From NCBI GenBank assembly GCA_009881065.1, contig WXFE01000017.1:6234-70233 (forward strand): 64,000 nt of DNA, read 5' to 3'. Within the stretch, counting starts at the first letter, position 1. Each line of letters begins with the position of its first letter. The stretch comes from Bacteroidales bacterium. GTDB lineage: Bacteria; Bacteroidota; Bacteroidia; Bacteroidales; VadinHA17. The translations under genes were made by a program, and so were the position numbers. Shown here in pieces: positions 8,429 to 17,412 of the stretch. Below the pieces are notes generated by a model. It did no database searches. It saw nothing but the letters and a program-made list of their open reading frames with translations, and was not told the DNA's origin.

Positions 8429-8526
8429 TATCTGGCTCCGCGATGCAATCTTACAGTGACTGATGACCCGGCGGCAATAACGAAAACCAGCTGTAAACCA
8501 GCGCACCAAAGTATAGTATAAATGAG

Positions 8527-9438
8527 ATGAATGCCGTAGATGCAAAGAGCATAACCCAAAGGTTTGGCAAAATCACTGCTGTTGACGATGTCTCGTTCAC
8601 CGTCAGTGAGGGTGAGCTCTTCGGCTTTATTGGTCCTGACGGAGCCGGTAAAACAACCCTCTTCCGCATCGCGGCAACCCTGATCATACCCACCGGGGGA
8701 CGAATGACCCTCTTCGGGCTCAATGTGGTGAGCGACTTCCGGGAGCTGCGTAATCATATCGGTTACATGCCCGGCCGCTTCAGCCTCTACACGGATCTGA
8801 CCGTGGAGGAGAACCTGCAGTTCTATGCAACCATCTTCGGGACAACCATAAAGGAGAACTACCACCTTATAGAACCGGTATACAAGCAGATAGAACCCTT
8901 CAGGAAACGCCGCGCCGGTCATCTCTCGGGAGGAATGAAACAAAAGCTTGCCCTCTCCTGCGCACTGATACACAAGCCGAGGATACTGATCCTTGACGAG
9001 CCCACCACCGGGGTGGATGCCGTCTCGCGCACTGAATTCTGGGAGATGCTGGAGGGACTGAAAAGGGAGGGGATAACCATCATTGTTTCCACACCATACA
9101 TGGACGAGGCACTCCGCTGTGACCGCATCGCCCTTATGCAGCAGGGGAGGCTGATGGGCATAGACACTCCGGCAGCCATACGCTCATCATACGGTAAGAA
9201 AATCTATGCCGTGAGCCATCGCGACAGGTACAGGCTCCTCCTGGCACTCCGGGCAATGACTGATGTTGACAGCCCGGAGCCTTTCGGCGAAGCAGTCCAT
9301 ATAAATATACGGGAAGGTGCAACCGTGGATGATGTGAAGAAGTCGCTGGAACGTGCCGGCCTGGAGGGCGCTGAAGTAACGGAGATCACCCCCGGCATTG
9401 AGGATGTGTTTCTCGAACTGATGAAAAAGGGAAGCTGA
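8527..9438 (+). CDS. ABC transporter ATP-binding protein (YbhF N-half-like)
   Basis: Walker A GPDGAGKTT, signature LSGGMKQKL, Walker B ILILDEP. Confidence 0.9.
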   Translation: MNAVDAKSITQRFGKITAVDDVSFTVSEGELFGFIGPDGAGKTTLFRIAATLIIPTGGRMTLFGLNVVSDFRELRNHIGYMPGRFSLYTDLTVEENLQFYATIFGTTIKENYHLIEPVYKQIEPFRKRRAGHLSGGMKQKLALSCALIHKPRILILDEPTTGVDAVSRTEFWEMLEGLKREGITIIVSTPYMDEALRCDRIALMQQGRLMGIDTPAAIRSSYGKKIYAVSHRDRYRLLLALRAMTDVDSPEPFGEAVHINIREGATVDDVKKSLERAGLEGAEVTEITPGIEDVFLELMKKGS

Positions 9439-10181
9439 TGGAGAGGGATAAAGTCATAGAGGTAAAGGATCTGGTTAAGCGTTTTGGCACATTCACGGCC
9501 AATGACCATCTCACCTTTGACGTCTGGCGCGGGGAGATATTCGGGTTCCTGGGAGCCAATGGCGCGGGCAAGACCACTGCCATAAGAATCCTCTGCGGCC
9601 TGTCACGACCCACCTCAGGAAGGGTCATGGTTGCCGGCATCGACGCCTCGCAGAAGCCCGAGGAGATCAAGAAACGGATAGGATACATGTCGCAGCGCTT
9701 CTCCCTCTATGAAGACCTCACCGTGAGTGAGAACATCGAGCTCTACGGAGGCATATACGGTATGAGCATGAAGGAGATCGTTCCCCGCCGTGAGGCGCTT
9801 CTTGAAAAGCTCAGCTTCACCTCATACGGTGACATGCTGATCAGGGCGCTGCCCCTCGGGCTGAAACAGAAGCTGGCATTCTCCGTGGCGATATTTCATG
9901 ATCCGGAGATAGTCTTCCTCGATGAGCCGACCAGCGGTGTCGATCCCATTACGCGGCGCCAGTTCTGGGAGATGATCTATGAAACCGCCTCGCGTGGAAT
10001 CACTGTTTTCGTCACAACGCACTACATGGATGAAGCCAGCTATTGTGACCGTATCAGCATCATGAGTGAGGGCAGGATAGTAGCCCTCGACTCCCCCTCT
10101 GCCCTGCTCCGCCAGTACGGCACGGCATCTGTTGAAGAGCTGTTCGTGAAGATAGCCAGACCTCAAAAGATCAGGGAATGA
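9438..10181 (+). CDS. ABC transporter ATP-binding protein (YbhF C-half-like)
   Basis: Walker A GANGAGKTT, Q-loop, Walker B IVFLDEPTSGVD. The start overlaps the upstream stop (TGATG). Confidence 0.9.
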   Translation: MERDKVIEVKDLVKRFGTFTANDHLTFDVWRGEIFGFLGANGAGKTTAIRILCGLSRPTSGRVMVAGIDASQKPEEIKKRIGYMSQRFSLYEDLTVSENIELYGGIYGMSMKEIVPRREALLEKLSFTSYGDMLIRALPLGLKQKLAFSVAIFHDPEIVFLDEPTSGVDPITRRQFWEMIYETASRGITVFVTTHYMDEASYCDRISIMSEGRIVALDSPSALLRQYGTASVEELFVKIARPQKIRE

Positions 10182-11299
10182 AAAGGTTAATGGCATTTGT
10201 CAGAAAGGAGTTCCTCCACATCTTCCGCGATTTCCGGACCCTGATAATCCTGTTCGGCATCCCGGCGGCACAGATACTCATCTTCGGCTATGCCGTCCGC
10301 ACCGACCTTAAGGATGCCGGCATCGCGGTGCTTGACAATGCCCGTGACGGGGTATCAAAGGAGCTGATTCAGAAGATTGAGGCATCGGAATTTTTCTATG
10401 TGAAGCGGTACCTCGCCTCCTATGAGGAGATTGATGCAGCCTTCAGGCAGGGTGAGATCAAGGCTGCGATCATCTTCCCCGGACAGATTGCCGCCTCCGT
10501 CGCCCGTGAGGGCAGCGCCACCATAGGTATCATCGCCGACGGATCAGAGCCGAATACAGCCAGCCTGGTGACGGGATACATTACCGGCATCGTGAACGAC
10601 TATTCATCATCGCTTGCTTCTGCCGTTACCTCCTCACTGCCGCTGATAGTTCCCGAGGTGCGTATGTACTTCAATCCCGGCCTAAAGAGCCACTTCATGT
10701 TCATCCCGGGCGTCATAACACTCATTCTCATACTTATATGCGCATTGATGACCTCTGTCACCATCGTCCGCGAGAAGGAGTACGGCACCATGGAGGTGCT
10801 GCTGGTGTCGCCGTTGAAACCATGGCAGATAATCATCGGGAAAGTGACTCCCTACTTCTTCCTCTCGCTGGTGAATGTGATAGTGATACTGCTGATGACA
10901 TGGTTCGTCTTCGGGCTTCCGGTCCGCGGAAGCATACCTCTGCTGATAGCCGGGTGCATGCTCTATATCCTGCTGGGACTCTCCTTCGGGATCCTGGTGT
11001 CAGCCTCTACCAGCAAGACGGAAAATGCAGTTTTCATCTCATTACTGACCCTGATGCTCCCGACAATACTTCTTTCCGGATTCATTTTCCCGATTGAAAA
11101 CATGCCAAAAGTTTATGATTATGTAAGTATGGCGCTGCCGCCAAGATGGTTTGTCGGGATCATCCGGGCGATAATGATCAAGGGGGCAGGATTCGGATAC
11201 ATCTGGAAGGAGACGGCCATCCTCGCCGGCATGACGCTGCTGATAATGGTCATAAGTGCACGCAGGTTCAAAACAAGACTCGGGGAGGAAGGGAGATGA
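10178..11299 (+). CDS. ABC-2 type transporter permease (YbhS/YbhR-like)
   Basis: 373 aa with an N-terminal TM helix, a large periplasmic loop and a C-terminal 5-TM ABC-2 domain. There is a 4-nt overlap with the ATPase gene. Confidence 0.85.
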   Translation: MKRLMAFVRKEFLHIFRDFRTLIILFGIPAAQILIFGYAVRTDLKDAGIAVLDNARDGVSKELIQKIEASEFFYVKRYLASYEEIDAAFRQGEIKAAIIFPGQIAASVAREGSATIGIIADGSEPNTASLVTGYITGIVNDYSSSLASAVTSSLPLIVPEVRMYFNPGLKSHFMFIPGVITLILILICALMTSVTIVREKEYGTMEVLLVSPLKPWQIIIGKVTPYFFLSLVNVIVILLMTWFVFGLPVRGSIPLLIAGCMLYILLGLSFGILVSASTSKTENAVFISLLTLMLPTILLSGFIFPIENMPKVYDYVSMALPPRWFVGIIRAIMIKGAGFGYIWKETAILAGMTLLIMVISARRFKTRLGEEGR

Positions 11300-11372
11300 G
11301 GATAAGGCTCCATACCAGACCCGGAGAGATTGGCACATGGATAGTCAGCAATAAACTCAGGGAGGGCAAAAG

Positions 11373-12509
11373 ATGAAAAAGCTTCTCTTCCTCCTGCGCA
11401 AGGAGTTCCGCCAGATACGCCGGAATCGGTTTATGATCAGGGCAATCATAGCCGTACCAATATTGCAGATGCTGATCTTTGTTCCGGCTATCACATTCGA
11501 AATCAAGCGCATAGACCTCGCCGTCATTGATAATGACCGTTCACAGGCATCGCGTGAGCTTGTCTCTAAACTGACAGGGTCATCATTCTTTGTTGTGACG
11601 GCCACCCCGGCAACCGTCACCGAGGCAGAGTCGATGCTTCTTTCCGGCGACGCCGACATTGCACTGGTCATTCCGCCTGATTTTTCCAGGGGACTTGCCG
11701 GAGTCACCACTCCGCGCCTGCAGGTGCTTGCCGATGCCGTAAACGCCAGCACTGCACAGCTCTCATGGAGCTATATCACATCGGTAATACGCGATTTCAA
11801 CCGGGAGGTGATTATCAGCACCGGGATGATACCCGCCAACATGGCAGCAATCAGGACAGGCTCATTGCCGGGAATCTCCGTTTCTCCGCGGTACTGGTAC
11901 AACCCGAAACTGAATTACAAATACTATATGCTGCCCGGTATGCTGGTAATTCTCATAACAGTCATCGGGTTGATGATGATAGGATTTAATCTCGTTAGGG
12001 AAAAGGAGAGCGGTACTATAGAGCAGATTAATGTAACCCCGATAATGAAATGGCAGTTGATAGTATCCAGGATAATTCTATTCTTCATCATCGGTCTCTT
12101 TGACCTGGCACTGGGGCTGGGCATCGGGTGGCTGGCATTCAATATACCCTTCGAGGGGAGTCTTCTCCTCTTCTTTGCATGTGCGGCGATATTCCTCGTG
12201 GCAGTGCTTGGACTGGCGCTTTTCTTTTCCACTATGGCATCGACGCAACAGCAGTTTCTCTTTATTGCATTCTTCTTTGTGATGGTCTTCATCCTGATGA
12301 GCGGCATATTTACTCCCACCGAAAGCATGCCACTATGGGCACAGCAGTTCAACCTGGTTAATCCGGTGGCTTACCTGATGCGCATAAACCGCATGGTAAT
12401 GCTGAAGGGATCAGGATTCAGTGAAATCATGCGTGACATGGCGATGCTGACCATTCTTGCATTATCATACCTCTCACTGGCAATAAGGGCATACCGCAAA
12501 AGGGCATAA
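11373..12509 (+). CDS. ABC-2 type transporter permease (YbhS/YbhR-like), paralog
   Basis: 378 aa with the same architecture as the preceding permease. It is the last gene of the efflux operon. Confidence 0.85.
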   Translation: MKKLLFLLRKEFRQIRRNRFMIRAIIAVPILQMLIFVPAITFEIKRIDLAVIDNDRSQASRELVSKLTGSSFFVVTATPATVTEAESMLLSGDADIALVIPPDFSRGLAGVTTPRLQVLADAVNASTAQLSWSYITSVIRDFNREVIISTGMIPANMAAIRTGSLPGISVSPRYWYNPKLNYKYYMLPGMLVILITVIGLMMIGFNLVREKESGTIEQINVTPIMKWQLIVSRIILFFIIGLFDLALGLGIGWLAFNIPFEGSLLLFFACAAIFLVAVLGLALFFSTMASTQQQFLFIAFFFVMVFILMSGIFTPTESMPLWAQQFNLVNPVAYLMRINRMVMLKGSGFSEIMRDMAMLTILALSYLSLAIRAYRKRA

Positions 12510-12536
12510 CCGTTACCTGACCTGGTCGGATTCACC

Positions 12537-12635
12537 GTGTTGCATATTCCCTGACACCTGTTTCCCTGATTAAGAGATAGTGCCTCTCGTGCTCACAACA
12601 GCTGTTGCATATCCCATGACACCACTCCTTTCCTG
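12537..12635. repeat. Direct repeat x2 (TGTTGCATATyCCmTGACACC ... TTTCCTG), period about 64 bp
   Basis: 12539-12559 and 12603-12623 are near identical. Both copies are followed by a TTTCC(C)TG tail. Confidence 0.7.
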
Positions 12636-12691
12636 CCTGTGTATCCAGTTATTCCGGTGCTTTGTTTTTTGCACAGACAGTTCAATCTGCT

Positions 12692-12699
12692 TATCTTTG
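12692..12699 (+). promoter_or_regulatory. -7 promoter box TATCTTTG upstream of the DUF1987 gene
   Basis: Exact TAnnTTTG match 28 nt upstream of ATG 12727. It overlaps the left arm of a 7-bp inverted repeat, CTTATCT (12690-12696) / AGATAAG (12713-12719). Confidence 0.45.
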
Positions 12700-12726
12700 C
12701 ACTTGTAAAGGCAGATAAGGCTCTGA

Positions 12727-13128
12727 ATGATGGCTGGCAATTATTGCCATATATTTCCTACAGACAAGACTCCGGAAGTCATTCTGGAGGCTGAAGGTAC
12801 GCTCGTTATCAAAGGAAGGGCCATGATCCTCAACAAAACGGCCCCGTCTGAAAAATTGCTCGATTGCATTGACCGCTACCTTCATAATCCGGCCCGGATA
12901 ACCACGGTTACAATAGCCCTTGAGTACCTGAACAGCTTCTGCACCCAGATTCTGGTAACGGTTCTGAGGAGGATAGACCGGGTGCGTGACCAGGGAAACA
13001 TGCTTATTGTCAAGTGGTATTATGACAAGGAAGATGATGATATACTGGAACGGGGTCAGCACATTTCAGAGACATTCAACATTCCGATAGAGTTTATCCC
13101 CATCGAGGATACCTCTCTTTTCAGGTAA
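12727..13128 (+). CDS. SiaC-like DUF1987 family protein (partner-switching phosphoprotein candidate)
   Basis: 133 aa. TPEVILEAEGTLVIKGRAM..., ...ITTVTIALEYLNSFCTQILVTVLRRID... and MLIVKWYYDKEDDDILERGQHISETFNIPIEFIPIE match the DUF1987 pattern (G.S.pEn, fkleYfNTSS, v.W.Y..dDeD.le.Ge). Confidence 0.7.
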   Translation: MMAGNYCHIFPTDKTPEVILEAEGTLVIKGRAMILNKTAPSEKLLDCIDRYLHNPARITTVTIALEYLNSFCTQILVTVLRRIDRVRDQGNMLIVKWYYDKEDDDILERGQHISETFNIPIEFIPIEDTSLFR

Positions 13129-13175
13129 AGCATCCCCCATCCCCCTGCCAGATATTCCGTGGGAAAACAACCTTG

Positions 13176-14018
13176 TCAGCGCACCCGCGCACTCACCGGC
13201 CAGTGATCGGAAATGAATACACCCTCTTCGATAATGCGATGGATTTCATGTGATAAAACCTTCATTCCGTTGCGGACGAAGACATAGTCAATCCTTCCCT
13301 CCCGAGGCTCATCCTTCCAGCCGTTGAAGGTATACGACTGACCTGCAGGCGGTGTTTCTGAGATAAGATAGGAATCGACTGCAAAGCCACCCTCTTTCAT
13401 GCGTGAAATCGCCAGGCTTTCCGGCAGCGCATTGAAATCACCGGTGATCACAAAATTATTGTCCCCCGCCAGTTTCCTGACCATTCCCAGCAGCACACCT
13501 GAGCTCATCACCCTGGCTGAATCGCTTACATGATCGAAATGAGTATTAAAGAACAGAACTGTATCCTGTTTCACTTTGTCATAGAGTTTCACCCAGGTCG
13601 CCACACGTGTCAGAGCCGCTCCCCATCCTATTGATCCCGGCACATCGGGGGTGGCTGAGAGCCAGAATGTGCCCCTGTCAATCTTGTCGAACCGGCCCAG
13701 GCGGTAGAACACCGGGCAGGCTTCACCTTCCCGGAGGCCATCATCACGACCAGCAGCCACTGATCCGTATCCTGCCAGCGCAGAATCGAGGTACAGGTAC
13801 TGGTGCCAGAGAACCTCCTGCATGCCAAGCAGATCAGGAATCTGGTCATTGACAAACTCTGCAACAATTGCAGCACGGTGTGGCCAGGCATTCGGACCAT
13901 CATGCGGCGTATCAAGCCTTATGTTGAATGTCATCACATCTATTGCCGGATCGTCAGCCGGTACACATGAAAAGAAAAGAATTGCAAAAAGAGCAGTGGT
14001 GATAAGTGATCTGAACAT
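13176..14018 (-). CDS. Secreted endonuclease/exonuclease/phosphatase (EEP) family protein
   Basis: Signal peptide, then the motifs MTFNIR, GMQEV, FNTHFDH, GDFN and SDHWPV. Confidence 0.8.
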   Translation of the reverse strand: MFRSLITTALFAILFFSCVPADDPAIDVMTFNIRLDTPHDGPNAWPHRAAIVAEFVNDQIPDLLGMQEVLWHQYLYLDSALAGYGSVAAGRDDGLREGEACPVFYRLGRFDKIDRGTFWLSATPDVPGSIGWGAALTRVATWVKLYDKVKQDTVLFFNTHFDHVSDSARVMSSGVLLGMVRKLAGDNNFVITGDFNALPESLAISRMKEGGFAVDSYLISETPPAGQSYTFNGWKDEPREGRIDYVFVRNGMKVLSHEIHRIIEEGVFISDHWPVSARVR

Positions 14019-14201
14019 ATCTTATGAAGTTTGTTTGAAGACAGTCTAAAGTTACTTTAAAAATTAGTTATCCCGAAGGAATGAACCATTGCGGAGATCA
14101 ATGAACAGATCTTCAGCGGTAAAGTGGCAGCGCTGACGGAATCCGGGGCTGATGAAGTGATAATTGAAAATGGCGGCAACATCTTCATGAAACTGACAGC
14201 A

Positions 14202-15770
14202 TCAGATCTTCGGCGGGTAGCCGGTCACATCCCTGATCTGCTCATAAAGAGGCTGCAGATGACGGTACATCTTCAGATACACCTTCTCATACAACTCACT
14301 GTAAATCTCCACATTGTGCGGGTCAGGCACAAATCTGTCACCCTTCCTGGTCATTGCCGCCACCGCTGCCGGGAAATCACTGTAATACTTCATTCCTACA
14401 GCCGCGTTAATTGCCGCCCCGAGAGCCGAGGTCTCATAGGTGTGCGGCCTGAAGGTCTCAAGATTGAATATATCAGCCGTGATCTGCATCGCCTGCCTGC
14501 TCTGAGAACCTCCCCCGGAAACTATAACACTTTTTGCAGGTATTTTCGTGCGTTTAACCGTCCGGTTAAGTCCATCTTTAAGTGAATAGGTGAGCCCTTC
14601 AAGTATGGCACGGTACACATGCGCACGGGTATGAACATCACCAAACCCTATAATCGCACCTTTGGCTTCAGTTCCCGGAACTTTTACGCCGGGCGACCAG
14701 TAGGGCTGGAGCATCAGGCCCATTGAGCCTGCCGGCACATCGTCAACCATGTCATCAAGGAAGATCTCAGGGTAACCGCCAGTCTGCTCGGCCATCTGTA
14801 TCTCCTTCAGGCCAAACTCATTCTTGAACCAGCTGATCATCCAGTAGCCCCTGTATATCTGCACCTCGGTGTTAAAGCAGTCAGGGACGGCGCTGGGATA
14901 TGACGGGAAGAACGGTATCACCTCGTGATATCTGCTGTGGGTGGTCTGCACCGTTGCCGTGGTGCCATAACTGAGGCATGCCACATCAGGCTTGATGACT
15001 CCGGAGCCCAGTACCTCACTGGCCTTGTCAGCCGCAGCAGCTATCACCGGCAGCCCGGCAGGAATGCCTGACAGCTCCGAAGCCTCGCGACTGATTGTCC
15101 CCAACACCTCAGAGGGCTTAACCAGGTCTGGCAGTTTCTCCCTGTCAACAGGAAACATCTTGAAGTTCATATGCTTCCTGCTGGTCCACTTCTGGGTCTT
15201 GTAATCAAACGGCAGATAAGCAACCGTACACCCTACCGAATCGCGGTACTCTCCTGTCAGGGCCCATGTCAGATAGCCGGAGAGAAGGAGATACTTTCCG
15301 GTCTTCTCCCATATCTCCGGTTGATTCTGAATAATCCAGTTGCACTCGCCGTTCTTGACGGCAAAATGAACAGCCTCCCTCATGCCAATGAGCCTCAGGG
15401 CCAGATCCATAATCTTTCCGGGATACTTCCCCACTGCACTAAGCCGCTGGTCAAGCCATGTAATGGCCGGGCGGAGCGACTTCCCCTCAGAATCGAGGTT
15501 TATCAGCGTCGATCGCTGCGAGGTGAGTGTCACTGCCTTTATGAGATGCTTGCTGTAAGTGGTCTCGCTGAAGAGCTTGCGAAGCGACTCGAACATCTTG
15601 TCCCTGAAGTACTCGGGGTACTGTTCGGCCCACCCGGGAGCCACGGAGAAATAAGGCTCAATCTCAACCTTTGCCAGCTGAAGCACATTTCCTTCAAGGT
15701 CAATAAGCACGGAACGTACCGACTGGGTGCCGAAGTCGATAGACAATATCAGTTCATCAGATGATTTCAT
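14202..15770 (-). CDS. FGGY-family carbohydrate kinase
   Basis: 522 aa. N-terminal ILSIDFGTQSVRSVLID (actin-like ATPase phosphate-1 motif) and a C-terminal VSGGGSQSRQAMQITADIF motif typical of FGGY kinases. Confidence 0.85.
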   Translation of the reverse strand: MKSSDELILSIDFGTQSVRSVLIDLEGNVLQLAKVEIEPYFSVAPGWAEQYPEYFRDKMFESLRKLFSETTYSKHLIKAVTLTSQRSTLINLDSEGKSLRPAITWLDQRLSAVGKYPGKIMDLALRLIGMREAVHFAVKNGECNWIIQNQPEIWEKTGKYLLLSGYLTWALTGEYRDSVGCTVAYLPFDYKTQKWTSRKHMNFKMFPVDREKLPDLVKPSEVLGTISREASELSGIPAGLPVIAAAADKASEVLGSGVIKPDVACLSYGTTATVQTTHSRYHEVIPFFPSYPSAVPDCFNTEVQIYRGYWMISWFKNEFGLKEIQMAEQTGGYPEIFLDDMVDDVPAGSMGLMLQPYWSPGVKVPGTEAKGAIIGFGDVHTRAHVYRAILEGLTYSLKDGLNRTVKRTKIPAKSVIVSGGGSQSRQAMQITADIFNLETFRPHTYETSALGAAINAAVGMKYYSDFPAAVAAMTRKGDRFVPDPHNVEIYSELYEKVYLKMYRHLQPLYEQIRDVTGYPPKI

Positions 15771-15779
15771 GTCAGGTTG

Positions 15780-17408
15780 TTAAAGGCCCAGCGTACCGCC
15801 GGGATTCATTATGTTATTCGGGTCAAGGTGTTTCTTCACTGCCCTTAGCAGTTCCATGGAGCTCCTGCCAAGATGCCCTTCCATCCACGGCGCCAGAACC
15901 CTGCCCACACCATGATGATGCGAGATTGAGCCACCGTGTTTCAGGATGGTCTCTACCAGTCCGCGGTGAAAAGTGGTAAAATCATGTCTCTCATTTCCTT
16001 TTTCCATAGGACTCAGGAAGGTGAAATAGAGGTTGGCGCCGTTCTCATAAACATGTGATATGTGAATCATCATGAAAGCCTTTGCCCGGCGTGCAACATA
16101 ATCATGCGCCGCCTTCCAGACATTCAGCAGGTTCTCCCAGGTAACCGCAGTCTCGAGCGTGTCGGTCATGATGCCCAGGTCCATCATCGGGTCACGCAGA
16201 TAGGCGCTGGAGTATCTCTGTTCCAGCCACTTCCTGACCGGAGTGGTTCCTATGTACATCCCCTTCCCTGCCCTGGCTTTCCTTTTTATCTTTCTGATAA
16301 CGAACCTTGTATACTCCTTCTCTCCCTCAACCGTCACGAACATCAGGCAGCGACTGCCGGTTTTGAATCCCAGCATCTGCAGCACCCTGTCGGCAAGGGT
16401 GCCATCGAACCCGCTTGTCCGGAATGCAATATCTGTCTCGTCAGGATCAGAGATCCGGAACAGGTGTGGCTTGCCGCATTCAGCCTGGATAATGGTGCGC
16501 ATAGCCTCAACGGCTGCCTCAAATGATCTGAATATAAAACCGGCGGAGGCAGTGTTTTCAGGAGCATAATTGAAGATATGGAGCGTGGCTTCGGTGATAA
16601 CGCCCAGTGTTCCTTCCGCACCGGCGAAGAGCCTGAAGATATCCCAGCCCTGTGCAGTACGCGGGAAATCACCTGTTGCTATCACTCCGGCGGGTGTCAC
16701 AGCCCTGACCGACACCAGCATGTCTTCAATCTTGCCGTACCCCGTCGATGCCTGTCCTGCCCCCCTGGCGGAGACCCAGCCTCCCACGGTTGAATACTCA
16801 AAAGATTGCGGAAAGTGACCGCAGCTGTAACCCTGCCTGTTGAGCTCCTCTTCAAGCGCCGGCCCGTATATGCCGGCCTGCACGGTAACGGTCTTATTTA
16901 CTTTATTGACAGCCAGCACCCTGTTGAGATGCTTCGTGAGGTCAAGTGCGATGCCTCCTGCAGGTGCGCGTACGGCACCCGTCACGGATGATAGCCCGCC
17001 TGCGGGAACAACGGCTATCCCCTCGTCACTGCAGTAACTGATTATTTTTTCCACCTCTTCATGAGTACGGGGAGCCACCACTCCATCAGGAGGGTCAGGC
17101 ACAAGGCCGAAGCGCAGATCAAGCAGCTCACCGTAAAACTTTCCACATGAGAAACGTGCCCGCGACAGATCATCTGTCATTATGTTCTCCGCACCCGAAA
17201 CACTCCTGAAAAAATCAAGCTGGGCCGGTTTGAGCATCGAAGGCTTATCAATCTTCACAGGTTCTGTTCCCGGCAGGTGCTTTCTTTTAAAATCCGCTTC
17301 CGGCAGGCCAAATTTTTCCTTTATCACTTCAGCCATGTGATGGCTTATGCTCTCCTCATGCTTGTCTCCCCACTTCAGAATGTGACGGTAACTGTTCCCG
17401 TTCTCCAT
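15780..17408 (-). CDS. FAD-linked oxidase, alkyl-dihydroxyacetonephosphate-synthase-like
   Basis: 542 aa. PCMH-type FAD-binding region (VVPAGGLSSVTGA...GGIALDL...), AGPS-like N-terminal extension (KWGDK...) and C-terminal HHHGVG...DP.NIMNPG. Confidence 0.7.
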   Translation of the reverse strand: MENGNSYRHILKWGDKHEESISHHMAEVIKEKFGLPEADFKRKHLPGTEPVKIDKPSMLKPAQLDFFRSVSGAENIMTDDLSRARFSCGKFYGELLDLRFGLVPDPPDGVVAPRTHEEVEKIISYCSDEGIAVVPAGGLSSVTGAVRAPAGGIALDLTKHLNRVLAVNKVNKTVTVQAGIYGPALEEELNRQGYSCGHFPQSFEYSTVGGWVSARGAGQASTGYGKIEDMLVSVRAVTPAGVIATGDFPRTAQGWDIFRLFAGAEGTLGVITEATLHIFNYAPENTASAGFIFRSFEAAVEAMRTIIQAECGKPHLFRISDPDETDIAFRTSGFDGTLADRVLQMLGFKTGSRCLMFVTVEGEKEYTRFVIRKIKRKARAGKGMYIGTTPVRKWLEQRYSSAYLRDPMMDLGIMTDTLETAVTWENLLNVWKAAHDYVARRAKAFMMIHISHVYENGANLYFTFLSPMEKGNERHDFTTFHRGLVETILKHGGSISHHHGVGRVLAPWMEGHLGRSSMELLRAVKKHLDPNNIMNPGGTLGL

Positions 17409-17412
17409 AATG

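Noticed and set aside
14097-14201. A short open frame reading TIAEINEQIFSGKVAALTESGADEVIIENGGNIFMKL. It resembles an internal segment of ApbE-like/UPF0280 proteins (..EVIVENGGDIF..) and may be a gene fragment left by a rearrangement.
   Set aside because: Only about 35 codons lie between an upstream in-frame TGA and the FGGY gene, which it then runs into antisense. That is too short for a motif-memory match to be trusted without a database search.
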